This document shows, piece by piece, positions 1 through 11,687 of a DNA stretch of 59,146 nt. Below the pieces are notes generated by a model, which ran no database searches, was not told the DNA's origin, and saw only the letters and a program-made list of their open reading frames with translations. This DNA comes from Malacoraja senta (Eukaryota), in contig JAXLNO010000555.1 of the NCBI GenBank assembly GCA_038087875.1, positions 62,001 to 121,146 of the forward strand. The letters are read 5' to 3'. Numbering within the stretch: the first letter of the stretch is position 1; each line of letters begins with the position of its first letter. The translations under genes were made by a program, and so were the position numbers.

Positions 1-1
1 G

Positions 2-898
2 GTGATGTTTTTTGTTCAAGTGCTGTATGCTGCAGCCCTTAATGTGATGCAAGGACGCTTGTGTAATGAAGGCAGAAGAGAGAGAGTAAAGAGGAAAATT
101 AAGAAGAGGTCTCAGTGGGTGAAGCCCCTGTTTCAAAGGAGATCTCTCTTTGGACAGTATGAAAAGCTGCTTAATGTGCTGTGCGAAGAGGATAAATCTG
201 CATTTAAAAATTTCATCAGAATTTCACCTGAGCTCTTTAATGAGCTGAAGAATAACTTGGGACCTCTGCTGATGAAACATGACACGGTATTGAGAAAGGC
301 TCTGGAACCAGGGCTGCGCCTAGCAATCACCCTCCGCTACTTGGCTTCAGGTGATTCTTACAAAAGTCTCTCGTACAACTTTCTGCTTGCCCACAACACC
401 ATCAGCGGGATTGTCCGAGAGACTTGTGAGGCCATTGTCGATTTTTATGCAGCTGATGTGATGGACTGCCCCAGTACACCAGATGCGTGGAAGAGAGTGG
501 CGCTGGGGTTTAAAAGCAGATGGAACTTTACACACACATGTGGGGCTGTGGATGGCAAGCATGTGGCCATTCGTTGTCCACCTAAAGGTGGCTCAAATTA
601 TTTTAATTACAAAAAATTCCATTCTATTGTATTGTTAGCTGTGGTGGATTATAACTACAACTTCCAGTATGTGGATGTGGGCACACCTGGAAGTGTCGCT
701 GATGGCAGGATTTGGAGAGAGACGTGGCTTGGGCAGAAAATGGAAAATGGAACAGCAGGCATGCCTGATCCCGAACCTCTGCCAGGAGAAGACAGCCCGG
801 ACATTGCCTGTCTTCACGCATTTTTAATTTTATGGGCTATTGGAGACAGGATTCAAACTTCAAACACACAACCTGTGAAATGTGTCTGCAACGTATAA
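2..898 (+). pseudogene. Harbinger/PIF DDE transposase (HARBI1-like), 3'-truncated; homology ends near 805
   Basis: Shows FKNFIRIS, RLAITLRYLASGDSYKSL (HTH), GAVDGKHVAI, YFNYKKFHSIVL and VDVGTPGSVADGRIW motifs typical of DDE_Tnp_4. Similarity stops after PEPLPGEDSPDI, before the expected GDxAF (second D) and E motifs. Confidence 0.93.
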
Positions 899-1025
899 CT
901 TTACAGCTGCAGGGCACAGAACTACTAGAGAAGTTGAATTTGATGTCAAATAAAGAACTTTTACAGCAATAACACTGAACATTTTTCAATATTGGATAAA
1001 ATAAAATGGTTTACCTGCTGATACC

Positions 1026-1532
1026 CTAATATATCATAATGTACTCACATGTGCACCCAGGATACTCCGCTGCCTTTTCCTCATACAGAGCACGCTTCTT
1101 GTCCCTATTGCGATAATCTTCTTTAGATTTGTCATAGAGGATTTCATTAGCCTGAAACCACTCTACAAGGTCTCCCTCTTGCTGCCTGTCGAAGTTAAAT
1201 GGTTTAACTTTATTCCATCTTCCCTTGAATGGGGCATCCACTCCTGAGGCTGTTTCACACACAGCTACCTGGGAGCCCACAGGCAGTGTTGACTTCTCCT
1301 GTGGCATCTCCTGTTGAATCTCTTGTTGAATCTCCTGTTGAATCTCCTGTTGAATCTCCTGTTGAATCTCCTGTTGAATCTCCTGTTGAATCTCCTGTTG
1401 AATCTCCTGTTGCCTCTCCTCCTCCTCCTCCTCCTGTATGACTATAGCCTCCATGGCAGGTTTTTTGTAAGGCTCTGCTCTTCCCTTTCGTCGAACTTTT
1501 CTGGGAGCCATGTCTAGCAAGCTTCTTATCAA
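1026..1532 (-). CDS. Harbinger accessory MADF/Myb-SANT DNA-binding protein, first coding exon (probable ATG at 1511)
   Basis: FDRQQEGDLVEWFQANEILYDKSKEDYRNRDKKRALYEEKA matches the MADF pattern. The basic N-terminus MAPRKVRRKGR is NLS-like. Minus-strand GTGAGT donors lie at 1048 and 1615. The gene is convergent with the transposase, as in autonomous Harbingers. Confidence 0.85.
   Translation of the reverse strand: MIRSLLDMAPRKVRRKGRAEPYKKPAMEAIVIQEEEEEERQQEIQQEIQQEIQQEIQQEIQQEIQQEIQQEIQQEMPQEKSTLPVGSQVAVCETASGVDAPFKGRWNKVKPFNFDRQQEGDLVEWFQANEILYDKSKEDYRNRDKKRALYEEKAAEYPGCTCEYIMIY
1307..1412 (-). repeat. 12-bp coding minisatellite (TCTCCTGTTGAA)x~9 encoding (QQEI)8
   Basis: Near-perfect tandem repeat, in frame within the MADF ORF. 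Confidence 0.95.
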
Positions 1533-2556
1533 AAAGATTCACCAGCAATGAGGTGAAATGCCCAAGATTGACCCAGGTCATGTGCTGATGTTGAAGTCAC
1601 ATTTTTTTTACTCACCTTTTTTTCCCTCTGTCCAGCTGACGAGTTCAGAGTGCACATGAGAGTCACCGGAGTCATGTCTGATTGCCTGGGCAGCCTACCA
1701 GCTTCCACAGTCTACATCGTACAAAGCATCATATTGTGATGCATCAATGCCTGTTTTGGGAGCAGCTTTGCCCAAGAGCGCAGTATATATTACAGAGACT
1801 TGCAAATGTAGTGCAGTCTATTTCACAGGCCAGCTTTCCCCCTATCAACTCAATCTACACTTCGACCTGCTTCGGGAAGCAGCCAACGTACCATTCCTTC
1901 CTCTCCTTTCACCCCGTGAGCAGATAATACAAACGCTCACATACATGTACTACCTGATTCAGGGACAGCTCCTTCCTCACTGTCATTAGATTGCTGAAAC
2001 GGATCCTCAGATTAGGCTGCCATGAAGTGTCATAAAATGTTCTCACGCTGTTCCTCAATACTGGTTTGTCTTAAGGTTGTGAGCTCAGTCCCAAATACAC
2101 AAAATCTATATATAAACTTCAAGCAATTTTTTCTTTTCAACCCACTCTGTCACCTTATCAATAACGTTTACTTTGTTAAGCAGAATTTGTCTTTAAAAAG
2201 TATAAGTAGCTGATATTTCTGTCCCTGATTATTGTTTCTAAAAAGAGTTCCCACGGTAGACTCACGAGTCACAAAGTTAAACGCACGGGCCACTACGTTC
2301 TTACAACGAGTTTAAAATGTTTCAAATTTTAACCTCAAGAGTACATTTTACTCGTGGGAAAGTACAAACATGTTTGAACTTTTGCAAGAGTTAACAAGTT
2401 TCAGGTGTACCTCCCGTTAGCGCCAAGAGTCGCTAAGTTGCGTCCACGAGTTTCAACGTTCCCGCTACGTTAATTGTACGTGATTACCACGAGTTAAATT
2501 TGTTTTAAACTCGGGGTCACTCGTGGGTCAACTAGCACAGTGAGACAGCCCTTTTA

Positions 2557-2805
2557 CCGTACACTGTGCTAGCCGTCTTTAACCTTCCTGTTCATTCTGG
2601 TGTGTGTCTGTATCACCTTGGCTTTGCACCATGTGAATTTCAGACAGCGCTCCCCCACTTTCCCTGGCCCCCGCCTTTGCGATATGTTTGTGTGTGTGTT
2701 CCACTCTGACGGTCGCCGTTCCAGCTCATCGTTTTTCAGGCAAGTGCCTCGAGCTTGAAGGTCGCAGGCAGTCCGCTGAAAGGTCGCCTAAGTGGGACAG
2801 ACCCT
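2557..2805. mobile_element. Right end of a second Harbinger-family element (probable host of the element above)
   Basis: Ends AAGTGGGACAGACCCT followed by TAA, the same terminal motif as the other Harbinger MITEs, with subterminal GTCGC motifs. Confidence 0.7.
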
Positions 2806-2824
2806 TAAGTAGGCTTAAATGGAG

Positions 2825-3218
2825 CTTAGGAGGATGAGGGGAGATCTTATAGAGGTATACAAAATCATGAGAGAAATACATTGGGTAGATGCACAGAGTC
2901 TTTTACCCAGAGTAGGGGAATAGAGGATCAGAGGACATAGGTTCAAGGTAAAGGGGAAAAGATTTAATAGGAATCTGAGAGATAACTTTTTCACACAGAG
3001 GGTGGTGGGTGTACGGAACAAGCTGCCAGAGGAGATATTTGAGGCTGGGAATATCCCATCGTTTAAGAAACAGTTGGACAGCTACATGGATATGATACGT
3101 TTGGAGGGTTACGGACCAAGCGCAGGCAAGTGGGACTAGGGTAGCTGGGACATTGTTGGTCGGTGTGGGCGAAGTGGGCCGAAGGGCCTGTCTTCACTCT
3201 GTATTAATCTATGACTAT
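2825..3218 (+). mobile_element. CR1-type LINE 3' fragment
   Basis: Encodes RRMRGDLIEVYKI...FFTQRVVG. The 3'UTR has GGGCCGAAGGGCCTG and a CTATGA-type tail. Confidence 0.9.
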
Positions 3219-4635
3219 GACCATCTCCGTCCCAATCCATAACTATCTTAAACCTAATCGAACTGTGGTCACTTGTCCTAAAAAACTCCTCTGCAAATAC
3301 ATTATTAACTTGCCCTTCCCAATTTCTCAATACTAGATCCAGCATTGCCCTCTCACATATGTTGGGCTCCACATACTCCTGAAGAAAACTCTCCTGAACA
3401 CGTTTGAGGAATTGCACACCATTTAAACCCTTCACACTTTGATTTTGCCAGTCAATATTGGGAAAGTTAAAATCCCCTACTACAATAAACTTATTTGACC
3501 TGCAGCTGTCTGCTATCTCCTGGCATATTTTTTCTTCTAATGCCCGTTGACTATTCGGGGGTCTGGAGTATACCCCCAACAAGATCATCATCCATTTCCT
3601 ATTCCTCGGCTCCACCCATATAGCCTCACTAGACGAACTGTCCGTAATGTCACCTCTGACCACTGCCGTGACACCCTCTTTAACCAGCGATTGCACACTC
3701 CCTCCTTTTTTCCCCTCACATCTGTCTCTCCTGAAGCTCCTGTATCCTGGAACATTGAGCTGCCAGTCCTGCCCCTCCCTTAACCAATGTCCCAGTCGCT
3801 TGTATCTATCCATGTCTGAAGCTCATCTGCCTTAGCCGTCAGGCCCCATGCATTAAAATACCTGCAGTTTAAACCAACCCTCCTTCCTCGCTCTCCGCCT
3901 TTCACCTGCCTATTCTGTACACTAACCTTTCCCTCACTACCCTCCATTCCAACTTCTAGCCTCTCACGTGCCTCTATCCTGTATGAGATCCCACCGCCCT
4001 GCAAATCATGTAGCATTAGCAAACTTGCTCACCACGATGTTGGTCCCCCTCCAGTTATGGTGCAACCCTTCCTTTTTGTACAGGTCACCCCTGCCCCAGA
4101 AGAGATCCCAATGATCCAGAGATGCCTGTCCCTGCACCAACTCCTCAGCCATACATTAATTTCCCCTATCTTCCTGTTCTTACCTTCACTAGCATGAGGT
4201 ACTGGAAGCAATCCAGAAATCACTACCCTGCTTTTCAGTCTTTTACCCAATTCCGTAAACTCGTGTCGCAGAACCTCTTTCCTCTTCCTACCTATTTCGT
4301 TTGTGCCAACATGCCAAACAACCTCTGGCTGTTCCCCCTCCCTCTTGAAGATGCCGTGCAGCCTCTCTGAGACGTCTGGGACCCTGGCACCAGGGAGGCA
4401 ACACACCATCCCGGAATGTCGCCTGCTGCCGCAGAATCTCCTCTCCGCACCTCCGACTATCGAGTCGCCCACTACTATGGTTCTGCCCTATGTCACCCTT
4501 CCCCATTGAGCCTCAGCACCAGGGTTGGAGTCATAGCCCTGGCTGCCACTCAAACCATTGGGTGCTCCTGTACTCAATGCTTACTTCTCTTTCTCACCGT
4601 CACCCACCTTCGCTCTTCTTGTATCCTCGGTGTGA
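3219..4635 (-). mobile_element. CR1-type LINE 5' part: degenerate ORF1 SGNH esterase (4029-4472) and APE endonuclease (to ~3220)
   Basis: GDSIV...CLPGARV...HVGTNEI (esterase) and RRDR..GGSV, VVGDFNFPNIDW, LDLVL, SDH (endonuclease), with frameshifts. Confidence 0.9.
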
Positions 4636-5489
4636 CAACTCTCTCTTTATGCACCCCCAGACATTTAGCTGTCACAACCCTCTAGGGAAGAGAATTGGAG
4701 AGATTCCCCAGCTTTTGTGAGGTCCTAATGCACATCAATATCAAATGAATGCTCCCCCCCCCCCACCCCAAATTGTATCTCTGTCCCCTTGTTTGAGATT
4801 CTTCCACTCGTGGAAATGTCGCAACGGCAAACGTCTCAACCTTTCTCATCTGACATCAAGATGGCGGCAATTTCTGAACACAAAGTGCAGCAGTTCAACA
4901 AATCAGCATATCATCGCCTTCTCAAGGACGGTTAGGAATGAGCAATAAATCACTGCCAGTGAAGCATGCAACCATGTTAAATAGATTCTGGAGCAACTCT
5001 TTGGTGCTCATCAGAGAACACTAATTACTTTCACATTACAATGGGGCTCATCTTTGTTTCTCGGCCATCAATGAACTCCATGTCATCATACCGAACCAGA
5101 GTCAAAGTGGGGTTAGAGCAAGTACTGCCATGGCTGATATAGATCAAAAGGTCTTCATCATCTGTACCTACTGCATTTGTAGTGTCTGGGGAAATATTTT
5201 CTTAACACAAAGCAGACTGTTAAGTATGTGTTATGGAACAGAACTCCATGTACTTAGGACGCAGGTAATGACAGCAATTAGTGAGCCAGGATTAATTTGT
5301 CTGGCATCTTAGTAAACAGAGAATACTAATGTGACTGCGTACATCACTTTCTTTAAAGATTTCACAAACTCTATGTCCCCAATTTTTTTTATTATAATGA
5401 AAGATACTCTTTGGCCTTGCATTGTTCACTGTGCAGCAACTTCAAGGTGGATAACATTTTTCACAACTTTGGAATTGAATCATATTAAA

Positions 5490-5640
5490 TGACCCGTGTG
5501 CACTCTCTCAGTGCAATCTGCTCTTGCTACCCTCTTGTACTTAAGTATGATATGTATAGTAGAATTTACTGAACTGTATGCAAAATAGGATTCTCACTGT
5601 ACCTAGGTACGTGTGACAATAAAGTACTATTGAACCATTG
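5490..5640 (+). mobile_element. Rex1/L2-type LINE 3' tail fragment
   Basis: TCACTGTACCTAGGTACGTGTGACAATAAA stem-loop plus polyA signal, similar to the tails at 40890-40940 and 42230-42270. Confidence 0.55.
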
Positions 5641-5987
5641 GATGCAGCTTCAGCCACGACAACTGGTCTTTCTTGACATCACCAAACAATCAGGAGGGAT
5701 TATGAATCATCTACCTCAGGTCTGGCTGCTGGAAGATATTTAACTCTGATTTACACTTGCTTCATGAAGTGGGCAAACTGTGATGTTAACCAATAGGTCT
5801 ACCACAGACTCACTGTCAGATACAGATTGGTAACAATGAAGGCTACATATTAGCCACAACCGCTGTCCCAATATTATTTCACTGCAATGCTACGTATCAC
5901 GAATATCACGCTTCCTGGTAGAGTAGAGCTATTTTATAAGACAAATGGGAAATTGTTCAACTTCCCTGTACGTCCAAACCAATGATG

Positions 5988-7036
5988 GACAATAGACAAT
6001 AGACAATAGATGCAGGAGTAGGTCATTCGGCCCTTTGAGCCTGCATCGCCATTCAATGTGATCATGGCTGATCATCCCCAATCAGTACCCCGTTCCTGCC
6101 TTCTCGCCATACCCCTGACTCAGCTATCTTTAAGAGCCCTATCTAGCTCTCTCTTGAAAGTATTCAGAGAACCAGCCTCCACCGCCCTCTGAGGCAGAGA
6201 ATTCCACACTCACAATTCTGTGTGAGAAAAAGTGTTTCCTCTGTTCTAAATGGCTTACCCCTTGTTCTTAAACTGTGGCCCCTGGTTCTGGACTACCCCA
6301 ACATCGGGAACATGTTTTCTGCCTCTAGCATGTCCAAACCCTTAATAATCTTATATGTTTCAATAAGATATCCTCTCATCCTTCTAAACTCCAGAGTATA
6401 CAAGCCCAGCTGCTCCATTCTCTCAGCATATGACAGTCCCGCCATCCCAGGAATTAACCTTGTAAACCTACGCTGCACTCCCTCAATAGCAAGAATGTCC
6501 TTCCTCAAATTAGGGGACCAAAACTGCACACAATACTCCAGGTGTGGTCTCACTAGGGCCCTATACAACTGCAGAAGGACCTTTTTGCTCCTAAACACAA
6601 CTACTCTTGTTATAAAGGCCAACATGCCATTCGCTTTCTTCACTGCCTGCTGTACCTGTATGGTTACTTTCAGTGACTGATGAACAAGGACCCCCAGAAC
6701 CCATTGTACTTCCCCTTTTCCCAACTTGGCACCATTTAGATAGAAACCTGCCTTCCTGTTTTTGCTACCAAAGTGGATAACCTCACATTTATCCGCATTA
6801 AACTGCAGCTGCCATGCATCTGCCCACTCACCCAACCTGTCCAAGTCACCCAGCATTCTCATAGCATCCCCCTCACAGTTCACAATGCCACCCAGATTTG
6901 TGTCATCTGCAAATTTGCTAATATTACTTTGAATCCCCATCTAAATCATTGATGTATATTGTAAATAGCTGTGGTCCCAGCACCGAGCCTTGCGGTACCC
7001 CACTAGTCACTGCCTGCCATTCTGAAAGGGACCCGT
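5988..7036 (-). mobile_element. CR1-type LINE, 5'-truncated RT C-terminus plus 3'UTR
   Basis: ORF 6293-6940 has KFADD, LVRPHLEYCVQFWSP; (GACAATA)n tail near 5990. Confidence 0.95.
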
Positions 7037-8004
7037 CTGAAGGCTGAGCTCCAATTCAGCTAGTTCACTGAAGCAAATGAGAGGAAAGGACAAAACAAAA
7101 ACCCTCTTCAAACTTTTCCCACTGTACAACACTATCTTTGGTCAATGAATGTGTGCAATCAGCCTCTGGAAAATGTGGGAAATGTGGAGCACTTTCCATA
7201 TCTTGGGAGGCTCCTTTCAATGAAGGCAAACATTGATGATGGAACACACCATCGCTTTCATGGCCTTTGGTCAGCTGAGGAATTGGATGTTTGAATAACA
7301 AGATCTCAAACACAGCACATAATGCACGGTCTACTGGGCAACAGTGATCTCTGTTCTCAGACATGTTTTTGAGACATGGACAATCTACAGTATTGGAGAG
7401 GTACCAAAATGTTGTTTCAAAAAATCTTCCAACTTCTCGGACAGGATAAGCAAAACAATGTCAATGTTCTCTCTGGGTAACCTCCCCGGCATCAAGGCTT
7501 AATTTACAGTCATTTGGATCTGTTGGCAAACTACATCCTTTGTTTGAAATTGGATCCAGCAATGTTCTCAAAACCTCATTTGAAAAAGTGCACCATCCTT
7601 ACTGACACTTGAATCTCTGTCCTCTGATGGCTCGAAGTGGTGAAGGATCATTCAGTGTTCATTGAAAACATCAGACATTCAGCTTAAATGGCCAAAATTA
7701 TCCACTCAAACACCTCATCAAACACCTCATCTGAAGCAGAATCCCAGAGCCCCTTATCAGTAATCTCAGATAGAGACATCCTTTGTCCTGAAAGATGGAC
7801 AAGGAGAAGGAAGAAACAAGTTATAATGCAGTCTCAGCCTAAAATATTGACTATCACTTTTGCCTCCACTAACACTGCTTACCCTACAGATTTCCTGACA
7901 CTGTTCCCTTTTTGCTCGAGAATACAACATATGTGGTGCATCTCCAGAAATAATTTATTTATTTACTTAACACCTCAATAGGGAAAGTGATAAAGAACGT
8001 GTTA

Positions 8005-8250
8005 AGGGCCTGTCCCACTTGGCCGTCATTTGCGCGTCACTCAGATGGCACACGAAGATTTTGTACATCACAAAATCCTGCGACGCCGCGCGCAGCCGCA
8101 CGTCACTGCCTATGTCATCACGCACCATGCGCCAGTAATGCGCACCATGCGCGCATCACGTGCATGTCACGAAGCACGCGTCGTGCATCGTGATGCGTAA
8201 ATGATGTCACGTAAATTATGCGCAAATGATGGCCAAGTGGGACAGGCCCT
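8005..8250. mobile_element. Harbinger MITE (246 bp)
   Basis: TIRs AGGGCCTGTCCCACTTGGCC(G/A)TCATTTGCGC; flanks TTA and TTG. Confidence 0.88.
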
Positions 8251-8395
8251 TTGGCAAACACATCTTTATTACATAGATGAAGGATTTAAAAACTACTTGA
8301 GGATGTATCCAAGCAAGAAATTATCAGTAGAGCATGGGGAAAGGATCAAGCATGTTCTCAAAGCCTATTTGAAGGAGTACAACATCCCTAATATA

Positions 8396-9045
8396 GACAC
8401 AAAAAGCTGGAGTAAAGGGGCTGTCCCACTGCGCCGACCTAATCCGCGAGATCTGGCGAGTTTGCCCTCGACTCATACTCGCAGCATGGTCGACACGAGG
8501 TCCTAGGAGGTTTTTGTAACTCTCCTTCATGCTCGAGAGTAGTCCCCGTGTAGGTCGCGGCGTATTTTTCAACATGTTGAAAAATGCCCGCGAGTAAAAA
8601 AAGGTCGGCATGGAAAAAATGGATACTTTTTTTACTCGAAGTAGGTCGTAGTATGTCGGAATGTTATTCGTAGGTAAGCGAGGGTAGTCAAAGGTAATCA
8701 AAGGTAGTCGAAGGTAGTCATAGATAGTCTTCAACATAGTCGAAGTGAGGTCGAAGGGAGGTCGAAGGAGATCGAAGGAGGTCGTCTACACTCTCTGCTA
8801 TTTGGTGTCCAATATTCCCGAAGCTAGTCGAAGCTAGTCGAAGCTAGTCTTCAACATAGTCGAAGGAGGTCGAAGGAGGTCTTCTACATAGTCGAAGGAG
8901 GTGTTCAACATGACATTTTTTCAAACTCTCCTAAAATCTTCTAAACTCGCCAATTAGGTCGCCGCATTGGGACAGCCCCTTAACTCAGCGGGACAGGCAG
9001 CATCTCTGTAGAGAAGGAATGGGTGACGTTTCTGGTCGAGACCCT
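8396..9045 (-). mobile_element. Penelope-like (PLE) terminal repeat fragment, split by the MITE
   Basis: GACACAAAAAGCTGGAGTAA|CTCAGCGGGACAGGCAGCATCTCTG...GTGACGTTTCTGGTCGAGACCCT, the same family as 29420-29590. Confidence 0.65.
8416..8980. mobile_element. Harbinger MITE (565 bp) inserted in a Penelope-derived repeat
   Basis: TIRs AGGGGCTGTCCCA..GCG.CGACCTAAT with a perfect TAA TSD (8413-8415, 8981-8983). Internal GTCGAAG motifs repeat. The flanks rejoin as GCTGGAGTAACTCAGCGGGACAGG. Confidence 0.92.
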
Positions 9046-9092
9046 AATGATCTAACAACATCCCTAATGATCTTTTAATCCCTGTCCTATTT

Positions 9093-9730
9093 CAAAAAGT
9101 GCTGGGGGAACTCAGTGAGTCAGTTAGCACCCATGGAGAGAATGTCATTAAGTTGGAAAGAATGCGAAGAAGTTTTATGAAGATGTTGCCAGTGCATGAG
9201 GACCTGGGATATTGGGAGAGGTTGGGCGGGCTAGGACCTTGTTCCTTGGAGTGCAGGAGGCTGAGTGCGATCTTATAAAGATGTAGAAAATCAAGAGGGG
9301 TGTCAAGTAACAGAGGACATTGGTTTAAGGTGAGAGGGGAAAGATTTAATAGGAACTCGAGAGACAACTTTTTCACTTCGAGGATGGTGGGTATATGGAG
9401 CGAGCTACCAGAGCAGGAAGTTGAGGCAAGTACAATAACAGCATTTAAAGTCACTTGGACTGGTACTTGGATAGAAACTATTTAGAGGGATATGAATCAA
9501 ACTGGACTAGCTTTGATGGGGCACCTTGGTCGGCATGGACGAGTTGGGCCGAAGGGCCTGTTTCCATTCTGTATGAGTCTATGACTCTATGAATGGACAA
9601 ATTACATTTCGGATCAGTATCCTTCATCAGTCTGAAGAAGAGTCCTGACCCATAACCATGCCTGTCCATTCCCTCCACAGATGCTGCCTGACCCACTGAG
9701 TTCCTCCAGAACTTTGTATTTTGCCCATGA
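9093..9730. mobile_element. Inverted (foldback) Penelope-like terminal repeat with degenerate hammerhead core, interrupted by CR1
   Basis: Left arm 9093-9144 is the reverse complement of the right arm ~9665-9720; CTGAAGAAG core at ~9631. Confidence 0.6.
9145..9590 (+). mobile_element. CR1-type LINE 3' fragment
   Basis: RGHWFKVRGERFNR..FFT.RMVGIW; CTATGA-type tail; apparent GAATG TSD at 9140-9144 and 9591-9595. Confidence 0.88.
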
Positions 9731-11462
9731 TCCAGCATCTAGTTCCATGTGTTCTTTGGTCTTCCACTATTTGTTTCTAATTTGCCAAGTTTGATCATTT
9801 TCTCGATTCCATTCTTCCTCACATTGCATGCCCAAAATATGTCAGTTCTTCCTGAGCATCAACTCCTGAAGGAAACAAGTGTTAGTGTACTGAAGCATTG
9901 CTTACGATTACAGGATAATCTCAGCTGTGTTGTGGAACTTACGTAAAGATCAGACATGCATTATTAGAAGGCAAGATAATCTTTTCAGTATGAACTACCA
10001 GAGAGTTGATCCAAAGCACATCCAGTTCAAGAAGAAATAAGGCGAGGAGCAAAAAAGGATTTGCATTGATATGCTGTTTTTTATATCCTCAGGGTGTTTA
10101 ATAATGCTTTACAACCAATGAAGCACTTTTGAAACAATGTTCCTGTTGTATAATAAGCAAAGATACTGGAGGCTTGCAGCCAGTTTTATCAGAAAAGCTC
10201 CAAAAGGAGCAATGCGTGCACTGATCAGACAGTTTGGGATGCTAGATATGCATTCAGAATGATAATGTGTATTTTAGTTATTTTTCCATTCTTCCCACCA
10301 TCTTATATGCTAATCACCATTTCTTTGCCACGATAGCACATATGTAACTTACTTGAAGTCCTCTGCAAAGAGTGACCTCTAAACATGCACCTAATGGTGC
10401 ACAAAAATGGCTGAGAAAGACAATTTTCTTTATGATTGCTCTTCCCATTGGCCGAGTACTTTCATATGCAAATACATTGAAGCATCCAAAGCATATTATT
10501 TATCATGTTAATACATCATAACTTTAGAAACAAAATCCCAACCCTGCATTGTGTCAGCTGCATTTTTATTTTGAAGTGAGTTTTAAACATTCCTCACTGA
10601 TACTGTTCAAGTTTTCTTTTCAATAATTTTGATTAGTTGTTAAATAAAAGTGCATTTCATAATTTGTTATTTAATTATAAATGGAAAATAATGTATTTTG
10701 CAATGAGGATATGCACTGGAGATCATCTGGCTACATTTTGACACTAATTAGAAAGAGCCTGTCAATTTTGAAATAATATTTTTTTGTTAAAGAGAGAGAT
10801 GGGAGTCTATTACTGCATCATGAGATATATATTAATTAGTATAAATTATATTCAGCTAATGTGTATTGTTTACAGTCACAATTTGCACAGGACCAGAAAA
10901 TGGGTGAACAATTTATTTTGGTGTTTCTTTTGATAGAATATTTGTTCCTGTGAATAAGCGTTATTAAGTAACTAACGTTTTAGCTTTAATCTACCCTTCA
11001 TCTTCAAGATAATATCCACTACTACCACATTATATTTATCTTGATGATGAAAGACACTGAAGGTTTGTCGTATCCAACATTTTATTTACAGAGACATTTA
11101 TTGACACCGATTTATTTTTCTTTCTATAAGGCAATTATTACACCCAGAAATCAAATGAGAGTTTGCACATTGTCGTCCGTTTCACCCACCGACTCAATTT
11201 TAGTTTTGTCTTCCAATCCCCCATTGCAGTTGTATAGGCAAGTTCAGTACTCCGACTGCGCATGCCCAGGTCATAGGTCACTCGTGATAAACATTCTCGG
11301 CAGCTGTGCTGCTGCATGAATACAGGCCTGTGTTTCATCCTTAGTCAGGATCGAACCTGGGTCCCCGGCGCTGCAAGCGCTGTTGAATTGCCACTGGACT
11401 ATGCTCGTCCCCAACCGAGTGTCCCATCCCTGTCCGGGGGCGGCCGGAGATGTCCGGGGTAA

Positions 11463-11687
11463 CCCTGAACTCACGGGACACCGGCCTGTTGCAGTGGCAG
11501 CTCAGGCTTACAGCCAGTGCGGAGAAGAAGTGCTACCTCCAGCTCAACTCTGCCTGTCCCGCCGGGTTAACCGACAGGCCTGGACTAACGGGACACTGGT
11601 CCGGAGCAGTGGAGTTAGCGCTTCTTCTCCGCGCTGGCTGTAAGCATGGGCTGCCACTGCAACGTGCTGGTGCCCGTCAGTCCAGGG
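11463..11687. repeat. GC-rich foldback element with ~83-bp imperfect inverted arms (MITE-like)
   Basis: 11463-11545 is the reverse complement of 11604-11687; the loop contains its own GCCTGTC/GACAGGC hairpin. Confidence 0.8.

Larger units (their letters stand above)
1..2553 (+). mobile_element. Harbinger DNA transposon, internally deleted; left end outside the window
   Basis: Contains transposase and MADF genes. The right terminus CACAGTGAGACAGCCCTT ends at 2553 and is followed by TTA (TWA TSD). Subterminal CACGAG/CTCGTG motifs recur at 2250-2530. Confidence 0.85.

Noticed and set aside
2..898. Host gene HARBI1
   Set aside because: It is truncated and lies with a MADF partner inside a TIR/TSD-bounded element, so it is a transposon rather than the domesticated gene.
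1680..2030. Third ORF within the Harbinger element
   Set aside because: Only short ORFs with no recognisable domain, and the minus-strand frames checked contain stops.
2825..4635. Twin-priming inversion of a single CR1
   Set aside because: The orientation is convergent with the tail at the internal junction, which fits two independent insertions better.
7040..7700. Possible decayed integrase/RT or host exon on the minus strand
   Set aside because: No recognisable motif or consistent reading frame.
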